64,000 bases of DNA from Candidatus Bathyarchaeota archaeon (GCA_963714275.1 CAVQNT010000006.1:64001-128000), one strand, 5' to 3'; positions 40,464 through 51,568 are shown, counted from the first letter of the stretch. Program-made: numbers and translations. The notes: a model not told the origin generated them from the letters alone.

Positions 40464-41351
40464 ATGGCTGAGCTTGAATACCTCTTCTTTCTGGGCTGCC
40501 TCATTCCTTATAGGCTCGCAAGCTACGAGGTGTCAGCCCGAAAGGTTCTCGGAAAACTCGGCGTAAAGATGGTTGAGATGCCCGAGTTTAATTGTTGCGG
40601 TTTTCCCGTTGCGCCCGTGAATTTTGAATTAGCGCTTTCTTTGGCTGCACGCAACCTGTGTTTGGCAGAGCAGAGGAAAATGAACATTTTAACGCTCTGC
40701 AACGGCTGCTTCGGCACCCTGAACGAAGCCAACAGGATGCTTAAAGAAGATAAGGCGTTGAGGGACAGGGTTAACAGGTACCTGCAACAAGTGAACATGG
40801 AGTTCAAGGGAACAACGTCGGTAAAGCACCTAGTTCACGTTTTAACCGAAGACATCGGACAGGAAAAGCTGAAAGAACACGTCAAGTCTCCCTTAACAGG
40901 ACTTCGCGTGGCTCAGCACACTGGTTGCCACCTGTTGCGTCCAGCTAAGCATGTGGGTCACGGGGACAACCCGGAGGACCCTAAGATTCTCAAAAAGCTA
41001 ATAGGGTTGACGGGTGCTGCATGTTTGGATTATGTTGATGAAACCGAATGCTGTGGCAACACGGTGATCGGCGTTAACGAGGAGGTTCCGTTCCAGATGG
41101 CGAAGGGAAAGCTAGACCACGTCAAATCTGTTGGCGCACAAGCATTGGTGACGGTTTGCCCCTCGTGTCACATGATGTACGATTTTAGCCAGCCGCGGAT
41201 AGAGAAAGCTTTCAACGTAAGTTTCGGTTTGCCTGTTCTGCATTACACTCAGCTGTTGGGACTAGCAATGGGCTTCAAGCCAGAGGAGCTTGGACTCGAT
41301 GAGCTCAGAGTGAAACCAACCTTTCTGTTAAGCCAAATGCAAACAAGATAA
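40464..41351 (+). CDS. hdrB: Heterodisulfide reductase subunit B
   Basis: Two CCG domains, CNGC, GCHLLRP, CPSCH. Confidence 0.92.
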   Translation: MAELEYLFFLGCLIPYRLASYEVSARKVLGKLGVKMVEMPEFNCCGFPVAPVNFELALSLAARNLCLAEQRKMNILTLCNGCFGTLNEANRMLKEDKALRDRVNRYLQQVNMEFKGTTSVKHLVHVLTEDIGQEKLKEHVKSPLTGLRVAQHTGCHLLRPAKHVGHGDNPEDPKILKKLIGLTGAACLDYVDETECCGNTVIGVNEEVPFQMAKGKLDHVKSVGAQALVTVCPSCHMMYDFSQPRIEKAFNVSFGLPVLHYTQLLGLAMGFKPEELGLDELRVKPTFLLSQMQTR

Positions 41352-41353
41352 GA

Positions 41354-41540
41354 TTCGTCTGGAATGTTTTGTTCAACATTTGGAAGTGTATTTTGAACAA
41401 CATACTGCTTTGTCTTAGACCTGTCCTGTTTTGTGTGACATTGGATTTTTCCGTTTGCATAATAATAACCGTCGATCTGTGAAGACCTGTTCTGTTTTGC
41501 AGCGCACCTGTTCTGTTGTTTTGGGGCGTAAAAATTGAAC
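41354..41540 (+). repeat. Dispersed intergenic element, copy B, with internal CTGTTCTGTTTTG-like units
   Basis: Homologous to copies A and C. Units start at about 41359, 41421, 41487 and 41508. Confidence 0.85.
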
Positions 41541-41606
41541 ATGTCAGTGAACATTTATTTTAATCAGTTGACACATTATATGTGAAGGAATGGAAGGTGG
41601 TTTTGC

Positions 41607-42077
41607 ATGGTCAAGAAGAAGAGTTGGGTTGAAAAGCTCAATGACAGCAAGGGGCTGCCTAGGGTTGTTGTTATCACTGACAAAATGAGTAAGAGGTGGG
41701 GAACTGGGACAGTCGCAATTCCTGCACCTCTTGAGGTTGACGGATTGATGAGGAGGGTGCCCAAGAGGAAGCTGACCACAATCAACGAGATTCGAGAAGC
41801 AGTCGCAAAGAAGCATAACGCCACAATCGGTTGCCCAATAACGACAGGCATTTTCGCTTGGGTATCTGCTAACGCAGTCTGAAGAGCTGAAACAAGAAGG
41901 AAAAACGGACATCACTCCTTACTGGCGAACCCTCAAAGTAGGCGGAATCTTAAACCCAAAATATCCCGGCGGCGTTGAGGGACAGAAAAGCTGTTAGAAA
42001 AAGAGGGACACAAAATAGTTCAGAAAGGCAAGAACTGCGTTGTTGTGGACTACGGAAAAGCCTTAGCGGAACTGTGA
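41607..42077 (+). CDS. MGMT/ATL-like DNA-binding protein; frameshifted
   Basis: VPKRKLTT, CPITTGIF, then TPYWRTLK...LNPKYPGG in another frame. Confidence 0.75.
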
Positions 42078-42165
42078 CTTAGGTGCTGCTGAGAACACAA
42101 CCATAATATACAGCTGTTTAAACGGTTTTTCTATAATAAGAACCCAGTTAAAGACAAAATAGGGC

Positions 42166-43332
42166 ATGGAGAAAAGTATGAGCTCGCAAGACACGCGTGA
42201 ACTGAGCTTTCCTGCTCAAATAACCATGGTCCTCCTAGTAGGTTTTGCTGCCATAGAGCTCGCCTCGTTTATAGGCTGGTCGACAAGCGTAACCTCAACC
42301 CTGACTTTGCCCACAAACCAGTACACAAACATAATAACAGCGAGTATAAGCCTCCTGGCAGCCCTCGGAATTTCCGCAAGAACCAAGGCAGGAGTATACC
42401 TAGCACTTACTATGGGAAGTTTCATGGTAATTGTGGGCGTTTACTCCCTTTTCAAGGCGCAAACCTCATCGCAATTAAGTTCAGGCTTAACCGCGTCTTC
42501 TGTCGCAGCTGTTTTTTCAGGTTTTCTAATCCTTACCTGCATCTTTAGGGCTGATCTCGAAACGCCGGGAGTGATCGAGCAAACCCAAAGAACTGTTTTA
42601 CTTGACAATAAAAGGCAGTTTTCTCCTGCCAACAGGTTCGCTATAGAAACCAACGAAGTGACAAAAAAGTATTTTCTTGGTCCAAACGTTGTTTCAGCCG
42701 TTAACGGGCTTACCATGAAAGTGCAGAAAGGAGAGTTTATCGCCATAATGGGTCCTTCCGGAAGCGGAAAATCAACCCTGCTTAACCTGCTGGGAGCCTT
42801 GGACAGGCCGAGTTCAGGCCAAATCTTGATTGATGGCGTCGACATTTCAGGTCTCAACGAGAACCAGCTGGCTAAGCTTCGCAACGAAAAAGTTGGTTTC
42901 GTCTTCCAAACGTACAACCTCGTCTCAAGATCAAGCGTGCTGAGGAACATGGAGTTGCCTGCGCTGGTCAAGGGATACTCTAGGAGCGAACGGGAAAGGA
43001 GAGTCAAAGAGCTTCTCGCGGTGGTTGGGTTAAACGACAAGATAACGAGGCAGCCGAAAACGTTGAGTGGCGGAGAACAGCAACGGGTCGCAATCGCTAG
43101 GGCTCTCATCAATGACCCAGAAATTGTTTTAGCCGACGAACCCACGGGCAACGTTGACTCAAGAAATGGAAGAATGATCATGGACTTTTTGAGAAAACTA
43201 AACAAAGGAGGTGGAACAACAGTCATAGTCGTGACTCACAGCCCAGACGTAGCAAACATGGCAGATAGAATCATTTACATACGAGATGGACGAATTTCGA
43301 GAGATGAAAGAGGTGGAGGAATATCCGCGTGA
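42166..43332 (+). CDS. LolD/MacB-type ABC ATPase with an N-terminal four-TM extension
   Basis: GPSGSGKST, LSGGEQQR, LADEPTGN, VVTH; about 125 hydrophobic residues precede the ATPase domain. Confidence 0.9.
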   Translation: MEKSMSSQDTRELSFPAQITMVLLVGFAAIELASFIGWSTSVTSTLTLPTNQYTNIITASISLLAALGISARTKAGVYLALTMGSFMVIVGVYSLFKAQTSSQLSSGLTASSVAAVFSGFLILTCIFRADLETPGVIEQTQRTVLLDNKRQFSPANRFAIETNEVTKKYFLGPNVVSAVNGLTMKVQKGEFIAIMGPSGSGKSTLLNLLGALDRPSSGQILIDGVDISGLNENQLAKLRNEKVGFVFQTYNLVSRSSVLRNMELPALVKGYSRSERERRVKELLAVVGLNDKITRQPKTLSGGEQQRVAIARALINDPEIVLADEPTGNVDSRNGRMIMDFLRKLNKGGGTTVIVVTHSPDVANMADRIIYIRDGRISRDERGGGISA

Positions 43333-44948
43333 AAACAAAAGCAACAGTCTATCTGCTTTGTGCATTATTATTCCTAACATACGTGTTTTCTTTTAACGTT
43401 GAACCCGCAAAAGCGCAATCGGTGGAGCTCAAAGTAACACGCGTCGTTTGGGGAACAACCCCGGACAGCCCAACAAAGGCGTATCCCGGTGACACACAGT
43501 CTCCCCTGACCGTTGAGCTACAGAACAATGACCCATCCATAACAATAAAAGGGGTGTCTGGAGTTCTAAGGTTCCCCGATGGACGGTTCACAGACATCTA
43601 TGGAAACCCGAACGCCACCGCGACTAGAGCGCCGACTGTAGGCGACATTCTAAACCCGACTGATGAGGTTCAGCCCAAAGGATTTTTGACGATGACATTC
43701 ACGCTTGACATCAACAAAGACGTTGCAGCTGGCACCTACAAATACAACATGGAAGTCAAATACGCTGCTAAACAAGGCAGCGCATTCGTAGACGGAACTA
43801 CACTTACCCTCTTTGTCCAGATTATTGTCTCAAAAATTGATTCCACAGTCACCGTATCCGTCACGCCTCAAACGACAGAGAAAGGACAAGCCGTAAGAAT
43901 CTCGGGGACAATTTCGCCAGCACAAGAAAACGCCACGGTCACCTTAACGTACAAGAAACCGAACGGCGCACTTCTCAGGAGAACCGTTAGAACCAACGCT
44001 GACGGATCGTTCGCTGAGTCATATTTGCCCAATGCGGAAGGATTTTGGAGCGTTAACGCGAGCTGGCTGGGCGACTCGAAGTACGCCAGCGACTGGGCTT
44101 CGGCCACGTTTGAGATTAGGCTGCCAGTTTCTATTACTATTACAACCTCTGACAATCTGCTAATCGGAGGCGTCGACAACCAGCTAAACCTCACCATACG
44201 AAACAGTGGAATCGTGCCAGCCTCAGCCCTTGACATGACCCTCACTGTGCCTTCACCTCTCGTGTTTCGCGAAGAAAACCATTGGACACTCAACTACCTT
44301 GAACCAAACAGTTCAACAATAATTATAGCATTGATTTATGGTCCGTCAAGCGCGATCGGAACCACATATTCTGGCACGTTGACCGTGAGTTATCGAGATG
44401 ATTATGGTGAAAGCTTGACTGATACTTTTCCGATAGGCTTAGTGGTTGTTGGACGAATAGAGCTAGTGGCATACGACAAAATTGTTAATCCGCAGCCAGC
44501 TGCAAATGGTTCAAAAGTCGAAATAACGACGACTCTGCTTAACAAAGGCAACGTGGTCGCCATGTACGTGAACGCCACAATCCAGCCTAACGAGATTTTA
44601 TTGTTGACTTCCGAAAGCACAACCTACATCGGCGATGTTGAAGAGAATTCCCAGTCTCCCTTCACGTTAGCTGCCTACGTGAAAGACGAGGTTGAAAACG
44701 AAACCTACCCCGTCAGGATCACTATTTCCTACAGGGACGACCAGTATGTCGACCATTACTTGGACTTCACAGTTTATGTGACAGTTGAAGCCCAAGCTGA
44801 AACCCAACCCAGTTCTGGTGAAACCGAAAACATTTTTGGTCTTCTGGGCGAATCGGGACTGATTCTTTTGACGGTTGCAGCTGCGACAATAGTCATTCTT
44901 CTACTTTACCGCCGCAGCATCGCTAAACAAAGAGTAGCGGCAATGTAG
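43329..44948 (+). CDS. COG1361-like S-layer domain protein with an Ig-like insert and C-terminal TM anchor
   Basis: Signal peptide, YPGD, LLNKGN, YIGDV, C-terminal TM followed by RR. Confidence 0.8.
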   Translation: MKTKATVYLLCALLFLTYVFSFNVEPAKAQSVELKVTRVVWGTTPDSPTKAYPGDTQSPLTVELQNNDPSITIKGVSGVLRFPDGRFTDIYGNPNATATRAPTVGDILNPTDEVQPKGFLTMTFTLDINKDVAAGTYKYNMEVKYAAKQGSAFVDGTTLTLFVQIIVSKIDSTVTVSVTPQTTEKGQAVRISGTISPAQENATVTLTYKKPNGALLRRTVRTNADGSFAESYLPNAEGFWSVNASWLGDSKYASDWASATFEIRLPVSITITTSDNLLIGGVDNQLNLTIRNSGIVPASALDMTLTVPSPLVFREENHWTLNYLEPNSSTIIIALIYGPSSAIGTTYSGTLTVSYRDDYGESLTDTFPIGLVVVGRIELVAYDKIVNPQPAANGSKVEITTTLLNKGNVVAMYVNATIQPNEILLLTSESTTYIGDVEENSQSPFTLAAYVKDEVENETYPVRITISYRDDQYVDHYLDFTVYVTVEAQAETQPSSGETENIFGLLGESGLILLTVAAATIVILLLYRRSIAKQRVAAM

Positions 44949-44961
44949 GGCAGATACAGCG

Positions 44962-46198
44962 ATGAATGTTTTCCAGCTCTTCAACCTTTCTTTCGAAGCG
45001 TTGAGAGAGAGGCGGCTGAGGGCGGGTCTAACAACCCTTATGGTGGTGATGGGCGCAAGCCTAATAGTGGCATTGAACGGCACAGGCAACGGTTTCGCAA
45101 ACTTTGTCAACAACCAATTCAGACTCGTTGGGCGCGAACATTTTGATAGTAAGTCCCAGAGGCGAAAACATCGACATAGACACGGCGCTGGCGAACCAAA
45201 TCAGGAAAATCGAAGGCGTCTCAGACGTGATTCTCTACATTCAGCAAATTTCAACCATCGTGACCCAAGGAGAAGCACAAACCTCAATCATCATAGGCGC
45301 TGAACAAACCAAGCTGTCTCTGCTTTTTCCCACGATGAGTTTCGAGTCGGGAACCTTCGTCTCAGACACAGATAGCGTAGGCATAATCTTAGGTAACGAG
45401 GTCGCAAAATCTTCAGACTCGACGCAAACCTTAACGCCTCTTGGGCAAACGGTCAATATTAAATATCAGATGTATGAGGGACAAAAAATCGTGACCATCC
45501 AGCGGTCATTCGTGGTTCGGGGTGTACTCAAATACATTGGAAGCGGGATAGTGCCTGCGGACCAGATGGTGTTCATCTCCACCTCAGCAGCGAAAAACCT
45601 GTTCAAGCGCGGCGTAAACTACGACGGGCTATACGTTGTTACTGAAAATCCTGACCTCAACAAGGCGGTGCTTAATAAGATTCGCGACAGGTACGGAAAC
45701 GACATCATAGTGTTTTCTCCGCAACTGATTTCCGACATGATACAGCAAGTGACAAGCAGCATTTATCTTTTCATAAACGTCGTCGCGATGGTTTCCCTTC
45801 TCGTAGCGTCTGTCGGCATAATTACGACGCTTCAAACCTCAGTAATGGAACGCATCAAAGAAATCGGGTTACTTAAAGCCCTAGGGTTCAACAGAACCGT
45901 GATTCTGGGGCTTTTCCTCTGCGAAGCCATGATCATAGGCATGCTCGGAGGCTCCATAGGCATCTTTTTAGGCATGGGTTTGTCGCACGCCGTGAGCATA
46001 CTCCTTGGGCAGACATTCCGAATTGACACCATGTTTGGCGGAAAAAGCCAATTTTCGCTGCAGCTCGTCCCAACCTTTAATCCTATTTTTCTTTTTCAGA
46101 CATGGATTCTGTGCATAGCGTTAAGCATGTTTTCTGGATTCTATCCTTCTTGGCGGGCTTCACGGCTTGATCCAGTTGTGGCGTTAAGAAACGAGTAG
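44962..46198 (+). CDS. MacB/FtsX-type ABC permease; frameshift near 45120
   Basis: LRERRLRAGLT, SVMERIKEIGLLKALG, YPSWRASRLDPV. Confidence 0.9.
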
Positions 46199-46264
46199 AC
46201 TTCACGTTAATTTCTGCCAAAATAGAGTGGGCGCCTTAAAACAAAGTATTTAACTGTCTTCTCG

Positions 46265-47158
46265 GTGTTTATGGTTAAATCTGCCAAAAAGGAGCCTTCC
46301 AAGATGGAAAACTCGGTTGTTGCCATGCTGAAAGGGACAGATGGCAAAGAACTGGCTTACAAGGCATTAAAAGTCATTGACGCTGGGGAGGTTGTTTCGT
46401 CGAAGAAAAAGGTTCTCATAAAAGTAAACATAACCATCATTAAGACAGCTGCAGATGGGGTCACAACCGACCCGAGAATGGTTGAGGGCATAATAGAGTT
46501 CCTGAAAGACGAAGGAATCAGGGACATAGCGGTCGCAGAGGGCGGAGGATGCGACGTAACCAGAGCCTACGATGAGCTGGGGTTCACCGAGGTAGCCAGC
46601 CGACAAAACGTTAAGCTCATCGATATCAACAGGGAAGAAGGCGTCCTCAAAAAGGTTCCGAACCCGCACTTCGTCTCCGAATTCTGGATAGCCAAGCCAG
46701 TTCTCGAATATGACTGCATAATAAGCGCCCCGAAGCTCAAAATTCACGCCGGAGAATGGCAAGTCACCTTAGCCATGAAGAACTTGATGGGTCTCTTGGC
46801 ATGTGGAAAACGGGGACCAATTCACCGCGAAGACCGCGGAACCGTGGACATACTCCAACTTTTAAAGCCAGACTTGTCAGTCATCGACGGGATTGTCGGT
46901 GGCGAAAGACATGAGCTGTGGAGCTATCCCGTTGAAATGGACCTAATTATTGCTGGGAAAGACTGCGTAGCAACCGACACCATCGGATCAGCGGTCATGG
47001 GATTCTCCGAGAACGAGATACCTCGGCACATAAAGTTGGCTCAGGAAACGGGCTTCGGAATAAGCGACCTCAACAGAATCAAATTATTGGGCGACGTTTC
47101 AATCAGCGAAGCAAAAAAAGACTTTAAAAGAACTGGGTCACGCTGGCCTTGGGGATAG
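46265..47158 (+). CDS. DUF362-family protein
   Basis: VLIKVN, VTTDP, PKLKIH, TLAMKN, D.VATD. Confidence 0.85.
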   Translation: MFMVKSAKKEPSKMENSVVAMLKGTDGKELAYKALKVIDAGEVVSSKKKVLIKVNITIIKTAADGVTTDPRMVEGIIEFLKDEGIRDIAVAEGGGCDVTRAYDELGFTEVASRQNVKLIDINREEGVLKKVPNPHFVSEFWIAKPVLEYDCIISAPKLKIHAGEWQVTLAMKNLMGLLACGKRGPIHREDRGTVDILQLLKPDLSVIDGIVGGERHELWSYPVEMDLIIAGKDCVATDTIGSAVMGFSENEIPRHIKLAQETGFGISDLNRIKLLGDVSISEAKKDFKRTGSRWPWG

Positions 47159-47251
47159 TTCCATCGGATTTATGCAGTAATCTTGTACTAAAAATTTTTG
47201 TTTTTTTCTCTATTTGATTATTTTGGTTTGATGTATCTTATTTTTTTGTTA

Positions 47252-47638
47252 TTATACGCGGGTGCCGATGAGGAGAATGATGGTTGTTCTGTTTCCCGTG
47301 TTGAAGAAGCCGTGCGGAACCTTCGCAGGCAAAAATATTGCATCGCCAGCTTTGACTTCGGTTTTCTCGTCTCCAACTTGAACGGTTCCTCCGCCACGTA
47401 AGACAATGTAGACTTGTTCCGCGTCTTCATGGGAATGAACTTGGTTTGTACCTCCGGGCTTCAAGGTTATTCGGGCAAAATTTGTAAAAGATTTCATTGA
47501 CTCAGGCTTCGTTTCTCCGAACTTGCTTCCGTGAGCGTCTGACTGCCAAAAAACTTGGTAAAGGGACGAGCCTCCGTGCATGTCTTCAAGTGTTCGTTTT
47601 TTTATTTTTGTAATGTGCTTGATGTGCATTCTGTTCAA
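47252..47638 (-). CDS. Cupin-domain protein
   Basis: HSHEDAEQVY, GDAIFLPAKVPH. Confidence 0.88.
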   Translation of the reverse strand: MNRMHIKHITKIKKRTLEDMHGGSSLYQVFWQSDAHGSKFGETKPESMKSFTNFARITLKPGGTNQVHSHEDAEQVYIVLRGGGTVQVGDEKTEVKAGDAIFLPAKVPHGFFNTGNRTTIILLIGTRV

Positions 47639-47810
47639 CTCCTATTCTTCATCAACTGCCTGCGAATATTATGGTTTTGGTCTTTCTATAACTTTTTCGT
47701 CATTCCAAGCATTTTTTGGAATAATTGCATAATACATGTATATCTGCGTGTTAGAAAAGCTATTTCCTATGAAGTTCAATTCTCCGTCTAAAGAAGTGCT
47801 GGAGGACACA

Positions 47811-48461
47811 ATGTTGTCTGAAAAGTTCAAGCAGAAATGGGAAGAGCCACCGAAAGGAGTGAAGAAGGTTCTTCGTCGAACAGAACCTTTGAAGCCCAAG
47901 ATTAACCGTGTCTTGACCCGAGTCGAAGCCCAAAACGAGAGGATCAACGCTTCCATAAACAAATACGACTACCGCGATAAGGAAATTTTCGAAAAAATTA
48001 TCCAAGCGCAACAGAGACACGACAGTGCCCATGCCAAAATTTTGGCTGACGAGCTTTCCGAAGTGAGAAGGCAAAAAAACATTCTTATGCATTCTAACCT
48101 TGCACTGGAAAACGTGTGTTTGAGACTTCGTACAATTTACGAGTTCGGAAATACCGCGTCGTCAGTTTCAGGCGTGGTTAACACCCTTAGAAGCATCAGA
48201 AACGGCGTTTCAGGGGTGCTGCCTGACATCGGCAACGAAATATTCAAGGTGGAAACGACGCTTGGCGACATCGTGATGGACATCGGCGGAACCGTGGGCG
48301 CGTCCCTTGATTCTGGACCAGTAAGCGAAGACGCGAGCAGAATACTGAAAGAAGCAGCCATCGTGGTGGAAAGCCGAACAAAAGAAAGGCTTCCCAACCT
48401 AAGCATCCCACAAGAAGGCTCCTACGCATCTAGCGGTTCTTCGGGCGACAATCAAGTATAG
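47811..48461 (+). CDS. ESCRT-III / CdvB (Snf7-family) protein
   Basis: Helical; RDKEIFEKII...AKILADELSEVRR...LALENVCLRL...EDASRILKEAA...LPNL. Confidence 0.82.
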   Translation: MLSEKFKQKWEEPPKGVKKVLRRTEPLKPKINRVLTRVEAQNERINASINKYDYRDKEIFEKIIQAQQRHDSAHAKILADELSEVRRQKNILMHSNLALENVCLRLRTIYEFGNTASSVSGVVNTLRSIRNGVSGVLPDIGNEIFKVETTLGDIVMDIGGTVGASLDSGPVSEDASRILKEAAIVVESRTKERLPNLSIPQEGSYASSGSSGDNQV

Positions 48462-48542
48462 TTATTTCCTCTTCTCAAAACTGCATTTAAAAAGAAGAAA
48501 CGTTCATGCAAGCACACAAAGTTACGTTAAGCCATTTTTTGT

Positions 48543-49464
48543 CTATAATAAGCCTAACTGGCTGAATTCTTTCCGCAATCGACTAGATTCCTCGTCTGAA
48601 AGAGGAAGAATTGGACGTTTCGGAACACCCACGTCTATTCCTCTTTCTTTAAGAAGCGCATGGCTGGCAGCGGTTGTAGATTTGACTGACGTGAGTATCC
48701 TTCTTGCTTCGATGGATCTCAGTTGCAGCCCCGCTGCTTCCTCATAGTCCTTTTTCGCTGTTACGTTGTAGAGCTCCACCACAAGCCTCCGGGAACACAT
48801 TTGCCAGCCCTGAAACGCATCCCTTCGCTCCGACCATCATCGCGGGGAGGAGAAGCGCCTCAGTTCCGACCATGAACGTAAAGTCTTTACGTTGCTTGAG
48901 TTCAACGATGAAATGCATGAAGTCGATTATGCTGAAGCTGCTATCCTTAATTCCTTTAACGCCGAAGTCAGCCATCTTAGCCAGAATTGAGGGAGTAATG
49001 GTGAACCCGGAGGTTTTCGGAATATTGTACGCAAAAACTGGAACGTTCACGGCTTTAACGAGATGCCTGTAATGCTCCAGAATGGCAGCTTCATCGTGGC
49101 TGTAATAGTAGGGAGGTACAGCTGCCACCACGTCGACACTTGCTTTTTCTGCATGTTTCGCCAGCGCCACAGTTTCATCTGTGCTTGGTGCACCAACTTG
49201 GGCGATGATGGACATGCGACCCTTAACTTGGTCCACGGTAACGTCGATGACCTTGTTCCGCTGCTCAGTGGACATGAGCGGACCAGACCCGTAGGTTCCG
49301 CAGGGGAAAATGCCATGAACGCCCTTTTCAGCATGGAAATCGAGGAGTCGCCTCAGCCCTTCTTCGTAGACTATGCCGTCTTTTGTGAAAGGCGTTATTA
49401 AGGGCACAACCACGCCCTTTATGTCTGGTTTGACCAACGCACTGTTTCCTCCATGTTCGCTCAT
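48543..49464 (-). CDS. DHDPS/NAL/KDG-aldolase family protein; frameshift near 48785
   Basis: PLITPF, GTYG, PPYY, YNIP, GIKDSS. Confidence 0.9.
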
Positions 49465-49645
49465 AAGTCAACAGCAGTTGATATATGCGTTTTTATCATT
49501 GAACTAATTTTTTTTTATCACGTCTTCAAAAGTCACTGATAGACAAAAATATTTTTGTTTTCTTTGCAGGACGTAATAATATAGGAAGCATGTCTCACGA
49601 GTCTTTATAAATTAGATGTGGGCGTATGTAAAATGGGGTTATTTT

Positions 49646-50221
49646 ATGGACATTATTCCTGAACTTAAGAACCGCGAGAGTCCGCTTGTTTTTGATGAGA
49701 AGGATGTTGAAAAAGAGAAGATTGAGTCTCTTGTCGAGGCAGCTAGATGGGCGCCTTCGTGCTTCAACAACCAGTCGTGGAACTACGTTTTTGTAAACAA
49801 AGGCGACTCAACGCGGAAAGACTTGGAGGAAGCACTGTCGCTTGGTAACAGATGGGCGAAGAAGGCTCCAGTCTTGGTCGCTGTTGGAGCTAAGCCTGAC
49901 GAAGACTGCGACGTGAATGGGCTTCCCTACTACGCGTACGATGCGGGCTTAAGCGTGATGAGCATGGTCGTGGAAGCCGAGTATCTGGGGCTTCGTACCC
50001 ATCAGATGGCAGGATACGATGAGGAAAAAGTTAGAAAAACTCTAAGGTTCCCTGAAAGCCACAGAATCATCGTTCTGTTTGCACTCGGATACGAGGGAGA
50101 CGTGAAAAGCGTTTGGGACAAACTCGAAAAACGAATAAAGGACAGATTGGCTCAACCACGCACAAGGAAGTCTACGGAAAAGAACTTTTTCTTCGCTTCC
50201 TTTGGAAACCAACATGGCTAG
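49646..50221 (+). CDS. Nitroreductase-family protein
   Basis: EAARWAPSCFNNQSW. Confidence 0.9.
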   Translation: MDIIPELKNRESPLVFDEKDVEKEKIESLVEAARWAPSCFNNQSWNYVFVNKGDSTRKDLEEALSLGNRWAKKAPVLVAVGAKPDEDCDVNGLPYYAYDAGLSVMSMVVEAEYLGLRTHQMAGYDEEKVRKTLRFPESHRIIVLFALGYEGDVKSVWDKLEKRIKDRLAQPRTRKSTEKNFFFASFGNQHG

Positions 50222-50305
50222 AAACAAACAACTCGCATTGAAATTGCAGTGTTTGAAAGAAAAAACGGTTCCTAGACGAGAATAGACCGATTGGCGTTAA
50301 GACTT

Positions 50306-50791
50306 TTAGAAGTGCTCGTAGTGGACAATCTCTGACAGAGTTTTCCTCGTTTTTGGACCTGGAGTCTCAGCTGGGTAGCCTAACGGAGTAACAGCGACGA
50401 CCTTTACTTGTTCTGGAATCTTCAAAACCTGTTTTATGGTTTCGTCAATGCCCATCTTACCCATCCAGCAGGTTCCTAAACCGAAGTTTGCAGCCGTCAA
50501 GATTATTTGCTCGAAAGCGATGGCGAAGTCCACCATGTACCATATTGATGAGACGTTAGCGTCTCCACAGCCGACGATAACAACGGGCGCATCAGAAGCC
50601 CAGCTGGCTATGCCAAGGTTTCTTTTTGTTTCAGGGTCTTTAACCACAATAAAGTGCCACGGTTGGCGGTGACCAGCTGAAGGCGCCAATCTAGCTGCTT
50701 CTAGAACCTGATTGAGAACCTTGTCTGGAACCGGGTCAGGCTTGTAACGCCTTATGCTCCTTCGGGTCTTTATGACTTCCATAAAATCCAA
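50306..50791 (-). CDS. Nitroreductase-family protein
   Basis: RRSIRRY, EAARLAPSAGHRQPW, GLGTCW. Confidence 0.92.
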   Translation of the reverse strand: MDFMEVIKTRRSIRRYKPDPVPDKVLNQVLEAARLAPSAGHRQPWHFIVVKDPETKRNLGIASWASDAPVVIVGCGDANVSSIWYMVDFAIAFEQIILTAANFGLGTCWMGKMGIDETIKQVLKIPEQVKVVAVTPLGYPAETPGPKTRKTLSEIVHYEHF

Positions 50792-51033
50792 CTCTCAATC
50801 ACCACTCAAATGCATCAAATAGTCAAAGAGCAGTAAAAAGGCTTACACAAAATCTCAACTAAATGAAAACAAAGGAATTTTTCAAAAATCCTAAAGAACC
50901 CTTTAAATGTCTCTAAACATGAATTGTTTTTTCATGACTTTTCTTTTTGCTACTTACCTTTTCATTACACTGATCAGATATATATTAGCTTAAACAGATG
51001 ATTATTATGACAAAAACTAAGGTGGAAAGTGTC

Positions 51034-51544
51034 ATGAAGTGGGTGACCCGTGAATACGTTCACGTTGACAGAACTGCTTGCCCTTGGCTGATTAGGAAGT
51101 TCATTGATCCAAAGGCGGAGTTCATCTTTGTCTCCGTTGACAAGATTGGGGAAGTTGTGAAGAAGCAAGGAGCAATACCTTTCGATGCGCCTGGAGTCAA
51201 ACTTGGTCATAGAAATGGAAAATGTCAGCTTTGAAACCATAATGGAGGAATATGACCTTAAAGACCCTGTTTTACAGAAAGTTGCAGAGATAGTTCATTC
51301 CGGGGACACAAGCGACAAAACAGTAGCGCCTGAAGGAACAGGGTTAGATGCAATAATGACTGGCATAAGGCTCAATGCAAAAGATGATTTTGAAGCTATT
51401 CAGAAAGCCAAAATTGTTTACGACTCATTATACAGCTACTGCAAGTTCAAGATTATTCGCAAAAAATACAGCAAAGAATTGGAACAGATGACTTATAAAC
51501 AACAAATCGATTTTCTGCATGAGAGAATGCAGGAAAAAATATAA
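51034..51544 (+). CDS. ChrB C-terminal-like (chromate resistance) domain protein; frameshift near 51225
   Basis: KWVTRE..HVDRTACPWLIRKFIDP, PFD, APEGTGL. Confidence 0.85.
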
Positions 51545-51568
51545 ACCTTTATCTAGACTGGCTTCACG

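Noticed and set aside
41354-41540. Degenerate CRISPR array, suggested by the 62-66 bp period
   Set aside because: The units are poorly conserved, the would-be spacers are homologous between the dispersed copies, and there are no cas genes.
41249-41554. 101-aa minus-strand ORF with repeated KQNRS/KQDRS, and the related ORFs at 15966..16154 and 16180..16362
   Set aside because: These are translations of the DNA repeat. The frame is not preserved between copies and the ORF overlaps hdrB.
42441-43226. Long antisense ORFs, here and at 13299..13841, 36663..37223, 60093..60503 and similar
   Set aside because: They are shadows of well-supported genes on the opposite strand and carry no recognisable motifs.
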